A DNA stretch of 64,000 nucleotides from Octopus sinensis. Lineage: Eukaryota. Below are positions 1 through 13,200 of this stretch, in pieces. The first letter of the stretch is position 1. Each line of letters starts with the position of its first letter. The stretch spans positions 87,792,001 to 87,856,000 of the forward strand of contig NC_043001.1 in NCBI RefSeq assembly GCF_006345805.1, given 5' to 3'. Under the pieces are notes generated by a model. That model made no database searches. It saw only the letters and a program-made list of their open reading frames with translations, and was not told where the DNA came from. Position numbers and translations under genes: made by a program.

Positions 1-318
1 GAATCACTGGAAGATACTAGATCACATCAACTACATAGTCCACGATATATATCAGACTTTCAGACTATAGAGCCATCATATCCACATCGAGATTCACTGG
101 AAAGAAATGCATCAAATGTAGGGAAACCTGTCTCCTCTTCACATAATCGCGCGGGTCGTCGTATCCTCACAAAAGTAGCGAACAAATTACGAGATAAAGT
201 ACGCAGTATTTTTGGTAAAAAACGTATATGGGCGCCAGACACCTCATTTCATCCTCGAAGTTATTTACCAAAGAATGCCAGTTCCGCGGTTCTTCAAACC
301 TCTAAAAGAATAAATTAA
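1..318 (+). CDS. 3' end of repeat-protein family member A (5'-partial, runs off window)
   Basis: Frame 1 is open from base 1 to TAA 316-318: ESLEDTRSHQLHSPRYISDFQTIEPSYPHRDSLERNASN...KKRIWAPDTSF...SKRIN*. It aligns with copy C DSLELARSSQLREPRYAPEYQVIENSPHSYRGSLEPVN and copy B ELATSRQLHSPKYVSEYH. Absent from the ORF track because no start codon lies in the window. Confidence 0.7.
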   Translation, partial: ESLEDTRSHQLHSPRYISDFQTIEPSYPHRDSLERNASNVGKPVSSSHNRAGRRILTKVANKLRDKVRSIFGKKRIWAPDTSFHPRSYLPKNASSAVLQTSKRIN

Positions 319-1077
319 ACAGTATTTTACGTAGCCAAGACTGAATTTAAACCATGGAGGGCCTGAGCACTTGAAATTCTGTGGGCCCTTCATACATAAG
401 AATTAAAGTTATGGAAATATAGAAAATCTATATCTCAAAACCCATCTATTGGATGTAATTGGATGTGATGAGTTAGCAGAGAAATTTTAAATAAATGACT
501 AAAAATGTCGCTTTACGTGTCAAAATTCAATTCTTTTCCTCACATATTCACTTGCAGTGTTCGTTTTTATGTTCATTGTGGAAAGTACAATGCAGGAGAG
601 AAGAAGGGGATAGAATACGATAAAATGACAGAAAATTACAAAAAAGTAGTTTTACAAATGTTCACTACCTTACAAAAACTATATCAGCTAGGCAAATGAC
701 CTTCTCTAAATGCATCAAAAATACTATAACTTTCAAAACACTATTTCACAAAATTATCTCCGCTCTCTTTCAGCATATTAAAGACAAATTTAGATGGGGG
801 CCAAATGAATAAGACAAGATAAGGTAAATTTGCCTCTTCAAATTTTTCAGAATAACATTTGAAAGAAAACCTCGTACTCATCAATTTCCACTCTTAGACA
901 CTAGAAAGATCAGAAATTCAGCAAAACTTTAAAATATCTAGGTCAAACGAAAGAGAATTATGGAAAAATGGCACGATATGAAATTAACGAAACTCGACTA
1001 AATCAAATAACTCAACATAAAATATTCTCTATAGCTTCTCATGATCTGCTGGAGCAGCTCTCGGCAGAAAACTAGTT

Positions 1078-1531
1078 TAAGCACCCCATATAACCTCTCA
1101 TAACTTTTATATTTTGGGAATTTTCAAAAGTTTTTTGCGGATTTGTGTTCTACACACGGGAATTCATACAACTATTTAAAAATTCTCTTTTAGTTTTTCG
1201 AATTTTTCAAAAAGAACCACAGTTTAATATACGGACATTCCGAATTTTTTTTTTTTGCTTAATCGCAGCAATAGACCATTAAATGTGTTTATGGGGAGAA
1301 AGATTTTGAAAAACATCAAAACATCAGAATGACAAGTAAAAGGGGAGTGTACCAGCTGGTCTTGAGGCATGCTAAGAATTACAGCTAAATAGCTCTTAAA
1401 TCACTCACACCCACAAAAGTTTTCGTTGATTTTCATAGTCGTATGGATTCCCGTGTATAGAATACAAATTCGCAAAAATCTTCTGAAAATTTCAAACAAT
1501 AAAAGTTATGAGAGGTTATATGGGGTGCTTA
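1078..1531. repeat. Dispersed repeat / probable non-autonomous DNA element with ~105-bp imperfect inverted arms
   Basis: 1078-1110 is the exact reverse complement of 1499-1531 (33 bp), and imperfect pairing continues 1121-1185 vs ~1430-1490. Related sequence recurs at ~46190-46340 and ~46586-46610. Confidence 0.6.
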
Positions 1532-2029
1532 TTCATTCTGGTTCTCTTCCTGATACAGTTCTGCACCATGTAGTTAAAGAGAAGAGTTTATTGAAATTAG
1601 TCATTACTTATTTTGCCCCAGTTTAAAAATTATTTTTTTCAATATTGAAAATTATCAAATTGGACATTAATGCGGGGAAAATTGATGTGCAGTCTAACAG
1701 AGAAAAGAAAATTGATTGTTAAACATCAAAAAAGGTCGTGCTTCTGTTATTTTGTCAACCTTCAAATTTTCTCAACAAAAACCATAAGGGATTACTGAAA
1801 GCATAAACATCATCATAGTGGCACTGCAACACTGAAATATACTTCTGCCATGAAGTATCCTGTCACTGGCAAGAAAACCACTTCCTGCTTTCAGTTTCTG
1901 AATGGTGGTTCGAGACTAACTAAGTTGTTTATAGCCTTGATAAAGGTATCTCGAAATATAGCAAGTCGAAGTGACTCTAGCATCTATGAATAGGACAGAA
2001 TTGAATGATTTCTTGGAATCTAGTCACAC

Positions 2030-3429
2030 TGTAACCAAGCTCCATCTAACCTTTGATATCACAATTGTTTTTAGTCGCTGTATGAGGAGGATTCATCTAT
2101 TTGGCTATTCTCTTCTTCCTGCCTCCAAACATTGTTTCGATTTTGTTTTTCACTATCTCTTCTACCCAACAATATTCTCCTCACCTTCCTTTTCAAAACT
2201 CCTCACGGATATCCTAATGGGTTTAAATCAGGTGACATGGTAGGCCAAGGCAACGCCTTTACCTTTTTATCTGATAAAATCTTAGTCGTCATCTTTGAAG
2301 TGCGTTTAATGTCATTATCATGTTGGACCATGGAATGTCTTCCCAGTTCCTTCATGCTTTCAACATTTTCTGCAATATGTCACAATAAAGTCTTGAATCC
2401 ATTGTTCTCTCAATAAATGTAGGTCATCCCACACCAGCCTCACCCATGCATACCCAAAGCATAACATTTCCGCCGCCGTGTTTCACGCTAGGCACGGTGC
2501 AGCTGTCGCTATTATCTTCACCTGGTCGTCGCCATATTCGTTTAATACCATCTGACCCAAACAAGTTGATTTTAGTCGCGTCAGATAAAAGAATTTTATT
2601 TCAAAACTCCTTCCCCTTATTCACATAGGTTTTGGCAAAAGAAAGATGACTTGATTTATGCCTGGTCGTGAGGAGAGGCCTCCTACGAGGAATGCGTCCA
2701 TAAAGACCGCGCTGATTCAAACTTCGGCGAACTGTTTGGGCGGATACATTATTTCCACTAACAGAAGACACTTCTTGGGCCAAAGATGAAGCGATTCGAT
2801 GCCCATCGTCCATCGCGCAACGTTGGGTATGGTGAATATCATACGCAGTTAAAATAGTAGAACGACCTGGACCATGTTTATTACTTAGCCGTCCAGTAGC
2901 TTTGTACTTCTGAATTACTTTGGCAACTGTGTTTACGCTAATATGTATTCGTTTGCTATTTAACTTGTATCCTAAACCATTCTTGTGCAAATTAAAAATA
3001 ATTTTCTTCAAATCTTCCGACAATTCATTTCCTTTTGGTGACGTTTTAATCATAATGATTTTCACCATGGTACACAAATCAGAATTCCTGCAGATGCATT
3101 AACAATGATCAATGCAAAAATGCCAGGAGAAATAATTTATTAGTATTGAAATTATCAGCAATATCTGAATTTAGTAAAAAAAAGTGGATAAAATATTGAA
3201 TATAGCAAATTTCCTTTAGGGTGTACATATTTTTGCAACGTTTAAAACTTAATATTTCGTTCATATCTTTGAAAATGTTTATTGTTTTGTGCACCAAATT
3301 TGGATAATGTTTGCATGTATAATATATGTTATTCAGTATAAATTTCGTTTGATTTCCTTCAATATTATCACAATAGTAGCAAGTTTACCGAAATTGTTTT
3401 AAGGGTGTACATACTTCTGTGAGATACTG
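2030..3429 (-). mobile_element. Tc1-family DNA transposon, degenerate
   Basis: Minus ORF 2601-3077 is a Tc1 paired/HTH N-terminus (ELSEDLKKIIFNLHKNGLGYK...SAQTVRRSL...GRIPRRRPLL). Downstream frames give SD(A)TKINLFGSDG, VKHGGGNVMLW, QHDND and WPTMSPDLNPL with stops and frameshifts. The 5' TIR TA|CAGTATCTCACAGAAGTATGTACACCC ends at 3429, with an inner direct repeat near 3216-3231. Confidence 0.85.
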
Positions 3430-3814
3430 TATATATTTATATATTCTTTTGTGAGTTATACTTTAGCGTTTGAAACTATTGAATTTGTTCCAGTTTATAA
3501 GATTTATACTTTCTAAGTCATTCGACATGAGCTGGAGTCGTTCTATCTATTTCTTGCATTTGTCTCAATATACTTAATGAGATAGTTTACTAAACTATTC
3601 AGCAGCGCTTCTACTCTCTTGCTATAACAACGTTTTTACTTCTGTTTTACTTTTCGCTCTGTTTGTCTTCTGGATTTGAAAGTTAATTCTAAATGCTTAC
3701 TAATCGTCTCTTACGTTTGTGTGTATATTTGTATACATATATGTATGTGTGTGTGTGTGTGTGAGTATATGTTTGTATATATAAATATGTGTGTCTATGT
3801 TTGTATTTGTTCCC

Positions 3815-3990
3815 CATCATCACTTAACAAACTGTGTTGCTTTGTTTACGTCCCCGTAAATTAGCGGCTCGGCATAACGAGATCGATAGAATAAGTACCG
3901 AACTTAAAGATAAGAACTGGGATCAATCTGTTCAACAAAACTTTGAAAGTTGTGTTCCAGCGTGGCCGCAGCCCAAGGATTGAAATACAT
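3815..3990 (+). mobile_element. 3' fragment of tRNA-derived SINE (family also at 16126, 45436, 49555, 51235)
   Basis: tttacgtccccgtaaattagcgg...gatagaataagtacc matches the 3' body of the other copies in the window. Confidence 0.6.
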
Positions 3991-5240
3991 TACCACGAAA
4001 CTCTGTTAATTCCTATTAATGCTTGCATTGACATTTTACCTTCTTCCTTCATTGATCAACTCATCGATGGCACTGATGCATGCTGGTACTATTTCTTCGT
4101 AAAGTCCTAAGAAGTCGTTTAATGATTCTGGCCACGGTTTCTTCCAGACTCTTTTAATGCAGTTCTTTGTCACTCATCCCAGTTTGTTTTGATATTACCT
4201 ATGCTCTTTTTAGATGTGGTCAGTTTTTTCAATTGCCCTTGGTCATTAGTTTCTTTAATAAGTTGTTCGAGACGTTCGGCAAAAGTAATAGGTGTCGATA
4301 TCAGAAACTACACACTAATTCATATGTTGGAATAAGGAAGTGATGTTTGCTTATAGTTAAACTATCTCGACAAGAATATAGGTCTGAAGGGTGAAGAGAA
4401 TCTAGCAATGACCTGGAGTATTATTAAACAATAGTTTTATACTCAAGATCAGGTTCTTCACAATATCTTCCCGCTGCTACACAAAAGTATGATACAAGAT
4501 CCATTTTGAAAATTTCTATTATCATCTAGTTCTATCAATTTAATGTCCAAATCACAGGCAGATGCATTTCTGATATTTTCCTTATTAGTTCATTGGTTTA
4601 AATTGTTTCTTGTAGTATAATTACTAAGTAGTCTAATACTTTTGTTGAAAAACGATCTTTTCTGATCTTGGACATGGAGGCTGGCTTTTATTTCTTTTCG
4701 GGTGATAAAAGTGTGGAGTGAGTTTCTTTTCCAGAAAGTGGTCTGTCTCATCTCTAAGCTAATACTTTTGTTGAAAAACGATCTTTTCTGATCTTGGACA
4801 TGGAGGCTGGCTTTTATTTCTTTTCGGGTGATAAAAGTGTGGAGTGAGTTTCTTTTCCAGAAAGTGGTCTGTCTCATCTCTAAGCTGAAACAGAGACAAC
4901 TTCTGAGTAAGAAGACAGTTAAGGAACTTCTCCATACTTTCAAAAGTATTATCAAGCACGGCAGCTAATATTCCCAACATCTAACTTGAATATACATGTC
5001 GCGAAGGGTAGCTGCCACGTTTTATTATACTTTTAAGAATCTCGAAAAGTTTCTTGACTATTTGGGTGTCTAAGAATTTCCAGTTTCATTAGAGATGCTG
5101 ATGCTGTGTAGGTGATACCGTTGGTTTGCTTCTATCAAACAGATCCCTACCAGCTGTGAATCTTTCCGAATTATTGACACTGTCATATTCTTAGATTTTT
5201 AAAGATGCTCCTTGCTCTTCCATGATGAAAGTTGAATTAA
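3990..5240 (-). mobile_element. pogo/Tigger (DDE_1) transposase fossil
   Basis: Minus-strand frames give DET..FWKRNSLHTFITRKEIK, HLPVIW, RYCEEPDLEYKTI..NTPGH and CIKRVWKKPWPES. These resemble Tigger DETxxFWKKMPxRTFI, LPVxW, LLxDNAPGH and WKKLWP, with many stops. Confidence 0.65.
4633..4886. repeat. 126-bp tandem duplication (2 copies)
   Basis: ctaatacttttgttgaaaaacg...tctcatctctaag starts at 4633 and again at 4759; the copies look identical by eye. Confidence 0.9.
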
Positions 5241-5495
5241 GAGCAGTTTTGTTTCTTCCACCAATGTAGCAAGTATACCTACTATTTCCCCCTAAATATT
5301 ACTTTCAACAAGTCAACTTCTTTACTGATAACCATGTGGTTATCTTAACAGAAGCTTATATTTTGTCAAAATTCTCACGGTGAGTCTAATCAGTTTAAAT
5401 GCTTACTAACATATAACTTACGTTCGTGATCTTCCAGTCACCTCAACCCTTGCAATTTTACATCTAAGATGTGGCTTTACCTCGACACATTAGGT

Positions 5496-5776
5496 CAGTG
5501 GTTCACAGATATTTGCAAGTTACCGCTCCCTTGGCAAGCAGGCCACTTTTCTAGCGCCCCGCTTCTTCCCCCTCACCACCACAAACATGGACTACTTTTT
5601 GCAGCAAATTCAGAACAACTGTATTTTATAAATATTACTTAACCTAATTAACCCAATTTTTTTTACATACACTGCTCGCTTTTGGCCAAACCATTATCGC
5701 TCCACTTTTTTTCAACGCTCCCTGGATCTTTTCACTGTCTCCAGCGGGGCAGTACTGCCCACTGTCGGAACTACTG
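5496..5776. mobile_element. hAT (Charlie/Buster-type) MITE
   Basis: TIR-like ends CAGTGGTTC... / ...GAACTACTG, with 8-bp TSD cattaggt (5488-5495) / cattagat (5777-5784) of the nnnTAnnn type. Confidence 0.7.
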
Positions 5777-6059
5777 CATTAGATGAACTTTCGCTTCAAG
5801 CGTCACATTTATTAACATGCAGTAACAGATAGTTTAATAGTAAGGAAAAAGCTAAAGATTTTAGTCATCTTTCGCTTGCTTTTCTTATCCTTTCTATAGT
5901 TATGCATTTTTTGCACTACAAATTTTATTCTCCCTTCAGACTTTTATTACCAGTGCTTGTTTCAAGTGTGACTCAAAGATGGAGACTTTCATACCAAGGT
6001 ATGCAACTATACAGTCGTTGATGATTCTATCTAATATATATATAGTTGTCCATCCATGG

Positions 6060-6187
6060 CTACACACACACACCCCAGCTCATACACACACATAAACACA
6101 CACACACCAGCTCATACACACACATAAACACACACACACCAGCTCATACACACACATAAACACACACACACCAGCTCATACACACAC

Positions 6188-6232
<45 letters not shown>

Positions 6233-6245
6233 TCACACACACACA
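6060..6245. repeat. Compound (CA)n microsatellite with repeated ccagctcatacacacacataaacacacaca unit
   Basis: Direct reading; the paralogous position at 24265-24330 is a plain (CA)n. Confidence 0.85.
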
Positions 6246-6479
6246 CGGTTTCCATTTAGTGTTTGACCGTTACTTAAAATTGTATAGTACACACAACCTG
6301 AAAACCATGTTCTACCCTGTGCGTATTCCCTATTCAAACTCCCATCTCTAAGTACAAAAACTGCAAACACAGTCCCTTATTCCGCTCATCAAGTTCTCAG
6401 TTTTCAAGCAAAAATTTACTGGTATGTAGAGTTTCTTTCTGTATTCTTTCTTACCTGTCGTGTGACACTTAAAAATGGT

Positions 6480-8018
6480 TAACATTGTTTCCTGTAATTT
6501 GGAAACAACGGTCCGGAGACTAGCTTGAAAAAGGAGAATATATGTTTCCTTTCCTTGAAGCTTTAAATTTAATTTGTTCAGTTGGTTGAAAATGCCCTCA
6601 ATGTACGCAACCCTTTTATTCCATGCTTCATCTTCGAAGCGAGCTACAAGATCTTTCTTTTTTTGAACCTCCAGGAATAGCTTTATCTCATTTTTCATCA
6701 CGAAAACACGATTAACAACGTTCCCTTTCGATAACCAACGTACTTCTACGTAGAAAAGAAGGACTTCGTCCTTTGCATAGTTCTTTGAATAGCCGAGTGT
6801 TGAGTGCTGCAGTCTTTACATAATTTACAATTTTGATTACAGAATCAAGCACTTCCTGCAGAGAGGCATGGAGAGTCTTACTGACGAGAGCATATCAGTG
6901 GATCATGCAGTGGATGCCTTTGACTTGATGTGCTAGCTTCTTCATTCTCGACAAGACTCCTGACTTCGATCCCAGCGTAGCCAGTACTCCATCCGTACAA
7001 ACCCCACACATGTTTTCCCATTGAAGGCCTTCCTCCTGGAAAAAATTTTTAACTTTTTCCATGACATCATCAGATTTTGTAGTGGTTTCAAGTGCAGTGC
7101 AGAACAAGAATTCGTCTTTAATGTCACCTGAATTAATGTATCTCACGAAGATAAGCGACTGAGAAGATGAACTTACATGTGTTGACTCATCGAGCTCAAA
7201 GGAGAACAACGGAGACGCCTTGATTTCGGTCAGAACCTACTCCTTCACATCCATAGACATTTTAGAAATGCGCCTCTCTATAGTAATATTTGACAGGACT
7301 ACTTGCTGTATCTTCTTTTCACGGGCTTCGCCAAGAAAACGATTTACTGCTTTCAATATGCATAGTTTTAGAAGTATTTCTCCAATCGTGTGAGGCTTTT
7401 TTTCTTTAGCAATTTCTACCGCAATTTCATATGAAGCTTCCACTAAGGCTACACTCTGCTGCTGAAACGACCCACTGGCATCGACTCTTTAACTTTTGAG
7501 GCACCGTTCATGCCGTTTCAAGCAATGTAAATCCTTCTTTGCATGTTCTGGATGTTTCGTCTCGAGATGACGCTTGAGTTTCGATGGTTTCATTGACACT
7601 GCACTCGGGACAGCATGACACAAAACACACTGTGGTTTCCCGATGTCGTCATTGGTGAACATAGTGGTGAAGCCAGTGTTGAGGTAGCATTTTGAATATC
7701 TGCGCCGTTTAGCCATAGATTCAAATCTGCCAATAGAATAAAATCATATAGAATAGATTCAATTAGAAAATATACGAGAAACTGGAATAAAAACATGTCT
7801 CCACTCAAAATCTCACACCACAACAACATACCTGCTAGACATAACTCACCTCTACTGCACTAAAAACCGGCGAGACGCATGACACAATCACCACAGCTCG
7901 CTGACTTATGCCACGCACTTCTGGCACCGCATCCCAGTTCGGGTCAGTCGCGCGATTCGTCATCTACCAATCAGTGACGGGCATGCGACTCACGTGTCGA
8001 CAGCGAGCGCGCGCACAT

Positions 8019-8056
<38 letters not shown>

Positions 8057-8335
8057 GACGCACTACAGCAGTAAGATTAACTGAGCGCACATGCTAAACA
8101 GACACTCAAGCATACGTACAATCACATACTCGCTAGTACAGGCGCATATATACACATTCACGCATACAGACACCCCAATGTCATCTAATGACATTGAATC
8201 GCTGTAACACGTTTTTTTTTTTGCACTGTAACGAAAACAAAAAAGTGTCTAAGAGCGTAAATTTGTGATTGATGACTTAAGGCTTCGCGACTCCACGCCA
8301 CCAGGGGGTCGAAAACCACCGGTCGAGAACCCCTG
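6480..8335 (-). mobile_element. hAT Buster/Charlie transposon, frameshifted and 3'-truncated
   Basis: Minus ORFs 7489-7716 (BED finger: PQCVLCH...MKPSKLKRHLETKH), 7237-7443 (ASYEIAVEIAKEKKPHTIGE), 6895-7209 (FSFELDESTHVSSSSQ...CTDG...HCMIH) and 6348-6701 (AYIEGIFNQLNKLNLKLQG). The 5' TIR CAGGGGTTCTCGACC ends at 8335. Confidence 0.9.
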
Positions 8336-9921
8336 CTCTATAGTATATAAAAGAAAGGATGATCCATTGACCATGTTGTTTAGCTGATAGAAATATGTTA
8401 ATTCTTGGTAACTCCTCCATTATCAAGCACTTTTCCTCACTCTGCACCTCACTCAAGATAAACCAATGGGTTTCGGGAAAATTTGTCAAGCGACGATCAA
8501 ATCTGTTCACTGTCACAGCTCACGTTTATAATATAAGTTATAGCATGCTGAGGCCTCGCTAAGTAACAGTCGGAGTAGTAAAACAGTAGTTATTTCAAAG
8601 TAGTAATATAACCAAATAGTAAAGAATTAAACTATCGAAGTTTTGTAGATATCTACCATAATTAATAAACTATCGAAGTTTTGTAGATATCTACTGTCCA
8701 CATTCGAACTTTAAGAGATAGCTTCCTCCCAGTTCGTTTCCGAGGAAAATCAGTTAATATATACAGCATGAGGCTCCAATTTCTATCCCAGCTCCATGTA
8801 ATTTAACTGGACATTGGTCAAGCTACAAAAGCTGGTGAATATAGACTTATCTTTCCAGGGGCAGAGTTACAAGTTCTCCCAAACGTCTTGGTTAATGAAT
8901 GATTCTTTTATTATTTCGTAATCCTTCAGCGTAGCACGAAATATAGATTTGCGATTCTGAAATTATTTGCTAGGGTCTATTTACAATATTGACCCTGTAT
9001 TGTTCTGACAACTCCATCATTTCAAAGTTCATCTAGAGACAGTGTTGACTAATATTTGTTCGTGCTGCCGTCCAATTCCTCAACATCAGTCATGAAGACA
9101 AAAATGTTAAGATGATACTGCAAGATATAAGTTTCAACGGTTGTTATGTATTCCAAAGTCAATATCTATACAGCAAAAGAAAGTGGGGTATGATGTGAAG
9201 GATATTCGGTTGTTATTTGTAGCTATATGAATAACACAGCCAAAAAGTGGATTGAAGGGCATTGTTGGGGTGAAGAACAGATCTGGTAGGCTGCAGAAAG
9301 CTCCTGAGAAGGCAAAGAATGCAGTTAAGCATGAAACATGAATGTGTAACTGAAATTTGAGGTTCTAAATTCTATGGATATTTTGCCACATTGTGTAAGA
9401 ACAACATTAAAAATCCTTGGATATGAACGAAGAGTTGCAAGAAATAAGCCTATGATTTTAAAATCCAATAAGACCAAAAGTTTCAACTGGACTAAAAAGT
9501 TTTGTAACAAAGAAAACAAATGTTACTTATCTATAATTTGGTCTAATAACAGTAACTCTTGCCAGATTTTGCAATTCTATGTAGATATACTTTGTGGCTC
9601 GTCTTTCGGTGAGGGAATCGATCAGATATAATTATGATTTTTAACATAACCACAAAACTGCAACCTTATGATGAAGAAATAGTTAATTAAAATCTACTTC
9701 AGTATTCAATTAATGCTTATTTTACCAACCTCAAGATGTTTGGACAGTGAGCGGAAATATACGTAACTGAATACAGCTAGACACTTTGTCTATTGTTTCA
9801 TTAATTGTGCCATTAGCAGCTGTTGTATATATATTCATATTAACAGCAACAGTAAAATGGTAGTGATGATATTACTACCACTGCCACAGTACGATACCGA
9901 AATGACTGTCACATTCATTGA

Positions 9922-9943
9922 TGACGTCATAGTTGAAAGTAAA
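9922..9943. promoter_or_regulatory. Full CRE (TGACGTCA) plus conserved AGTTGAAAGTAAA, copy B
   Basis: TGACGTCA at 9922-9929, 82 bp upstream of the ATA (10004) that aligns with the ATG of copies C and D. Confidence 0.6.
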
Positions 9944-10018
9944 TCATTATTGAATAATTTAGTTTTATTTCTCTGCATTGAGAATCAATTTGAATTGACC
10001 AGCATAAATACCACAGAA

Positions 10019-10212
10019 ATGGCTGACCGTTCACAATATCCAGATGATCTAAACGAGGAATTAGAGCTTGCTACATCACGTCAGCTACATAGTCCAAAAT
10101 ATGTATCAGAATATCACTTCAATGTAAGGCCATCACAACTACATCGAAATTTACTGGAACCTAACAATGCAGATCAAACACATAGATCATCAATGCATCA
10201 TCACGTCATTCC
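10019..10212 (+). pseudogene. Frameshifted N-terminal segment of family copy B
   Basis: MADRSQYPDDLNEELELATSRQLHSPKY... aligns with copy C. A 1-bp deletion near 10192 (agatcatca-atgcatca vs agatcattatatgcatca in C) disconnects it from ORF 10213-14379. Confidence 0.7.
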
Positions 10213-13200
10213 ATGTCTCCGTATAGGTCCCGACATTCACTACCACGCTGGAGCAGATCAATGCCATCATTTCGAGATGATTTATATCGTACTTATCCAC
10301 TGAGTCTTGCAACTAGTAGAAAACTGGCACCCATATTTCTACATAATTTAACCTATCAAGGGTACTCTACTGCCTACACAACACCATCACCGCATGGATT
10401 GCAACGTCTATCTGAACAAAAAGTATCTCCTCTCGTAACATGGGACCCTGATACTTCGAGACAGAGTCGTGATATTTGGAGGTATGGGCCAAGCACGGCA
10501 TCAAGACATACGGCAAGACGTGTTCATAGCACTAGTACATTACCGACAGAAAAAACAGAATTCCGTCATACTCGCATTGAGAGCTTTAGGAATAGCACAC
10601 CACAACGACATGGGACATCAAGTTTACGTATCAGAAGCCCATCAACATCAGAACCACCATTTCATGATAGTCATATTTCGAGCTCTGAACAAAGCTCAGG
10701 GTCACGATATTCGTTAACAATCCACCTTGGTAACAGTTCAGAGGAATATAGGGCACGTGACTTACATTCAACAGATACAATTTCTGATCTTGGAGAATTT
10801 GAACATCTAGTATCTCCTGATTCTTCGAGAGGGACTTCTGATTCTGACGACTATTTTACGGCATTCGGAGAAGATGCACATAATCCAGATTCGTCAAGTG
10901 GGTCATGTTTTTCAGATTATATCGGTGAAATGGAACATCTGTCAGAAAATGAAATAAGGTCTCATCTCTTAAACAGAGTGTGGGATAGTGCATTTTATCG
11001 TCAATATTCTCGAAGCCAGAGAGTTTCGCGAATTAGACCTGAAATGCCAAACGTTGGACAATGTGTATTTGAACAACAAATATCTCCTGACGCAACGCGG
11101 GATGCTGACACAACGCCGGACACTGATGCAACGGGGGAACCTGACGTAACACGGGACCCTGACGCTTCCAGACAAACTCGTGATTCTGATGACAATTTGG
11201 CATCATTTGGAAAAGATGCACGTAGTCTAGATTCGTCAAGTGGGTCATGTTTTTCAGATTATATCGGTGAAATGGAACATCTGTCAGCGGATGAAATTAG
11301 GTCCCATCCGTTAAACAGAGTGTGGGATAGAGCATTTTATCCTCGAAATCCTCCGAACAATAGAGTTTCGCGAATTATACCTGAAATGCCAAACGTTGAA
11401 CAATGTGTATTTGAACAACAATTATCTCCTTACGCAACGCGGGATCCTGAAACAACGCGGGACACTGACGCAGCACTGGACTCTGACACTTTCAGACGAA
11501 CTCGTGACTCTGATGACTATTTGGCAGCATTTGGAGAAGATGCACATAATCCAGATTCGTCAAGAGGGTCATGTTTTTCAGATTATATCGGTGAAATGGA
11601 ACCTCTGTCTGCGAATGAAATAAGGTCTCATCCCTTAAGCAGGCTGTGGGATAGAGCAATTTATCGTCGATATCCTCGAAGCCAGAGAGTTTCGCGGATT
11701 AGACCTGAAATGCCAAACGTTGAACAATGTGTATTTGAACAACAAATATCTCCTGACGCTATGCGGGATGCTGACACAAGGCGGGACCGTGACACAACGC
11801 GGGACCCTGACGCAGTGAGCGACCCTGACACTTCCAGACGAACTCGTGACTCTGATGACTATTTGGCAGCATTTGGAGAAGATGCACATAGTCCAGATTC
11901 GTCAAGTGGGTCATGTTTTTCAGATTATATCGGTGAAATGGAAGCTCTGTCTGCGAATGAAATAAGGTCTCACCCCTTAAGCAGGCTGTGGGATAGAGCA
12001 TTTTATCGTCGATATCCTCCAGGCCAGAGAGTTCCACGAATTAGACCTGAAATGCCAAACGTTGGACAATGTGTATTTGAACAACAAATATCTCCTGACG
12101 CAACGCGGGATGCTGACACAACGCGGGACAATGATGGAACGCGGGACCCTGACGCAACACAGGATCCTGATACTTCCAGACGAACTCGTGATTCTGACGA
12201 ATATTTGGCAGCATTTGGAGAAGATGCACGTAGTCCAGATTCGTCAAGAGGGTCATGTTTTTCAGATTTTATCGATGAAATGGAACATCTGTCAGCGGAT
12301 GAAGTAAGGTCTCACCTCTTAAACAGGCTGTGGGATAGAGCATTTTATCGTCAATACCCTCGAAGCCAGAGAGTTTCGCGAATTAGACCTGAAATGCCAA
12401 ACGTTGGACAATGTGTATTTGAACAACAAATATCTCCTGACGCAACGCAGGATGCTGACACAACGCGGGATGCTGACACAACGCGGGATGCTGACACAAC
12501 GCGAGACCGTGACATAACGTGGGAACCTAACGTAGCACGGGATTCTGACACTTCCAGACGAACTCGTGACTCTGATGACTGTTTGACAGCATTTGGAGAA
12601 GATGCACATAGTCCAGATTCGTCAAGTGGGTCATGTTTTTCAGATTATATTGGTGAAATGGAAGCTCTGTCAGCGGATGAAATAAGGTCTCATCCCTTAA
12701 GCAGATTGTGGGATAGAGCATTTTATCGTCAATATCCTCCAGGCCAGAGAGTTCCTCGAATTAGACCTGAAATGCCAAACGTTGAACAATGTGTATTTGA
12801 ACAACAAATATCTCCTGACGCAACGCTGGATGCTGACACAACGCCGGACACTGACGGAACGCGGGACCCTGACGCAACACAGGACCCTGATACTTCCAGA
12901 CGAACTCGTGATTCTGACAAATATTTAGCATCATTTGGAGAAGGTGCTCATAATCGAGATTCGTCAAGTGGGTCATGTTTTTCAGATTATATCGGTGAAA
13001 TGGAACATCTGTCAGCGGATGAAGTAAGGTCTCATCCCTTAAGCAGGCTGTGGGATAGAGCATTTTATCATCAATACCCTCGAGGCCAGAGAGTTCCACG
13101 AATTAGACCTGAAATGCCAAACGTTGAACAATGTGTATTTGAACAACAAGTAATACCTCTCGTTGCACGGGACTCTGATATCTCGAGGGAAAGAAGAACA

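Noticed and set aside
9748-9760. CGGAAATATA ETS-like motif shared by copies B, C and D
   Set aside because: It lies within what appears to be a decayed antisense SINE inherited by all three copies, so shared ancestry explains it.
9857-10018. ORF-track start at ATG 9857 for copy B
   Set aside because: This stretch aligns with non-coding promoter DNA of C and D (it contains the CRE); the open frame is probably incidental.
10888-13150. CRISPR-like regular repeats
   Set aside because: Units are contiguous in-frame coding repeats with no unique spacers, no cas genes, and the DNA is eukaryotic.
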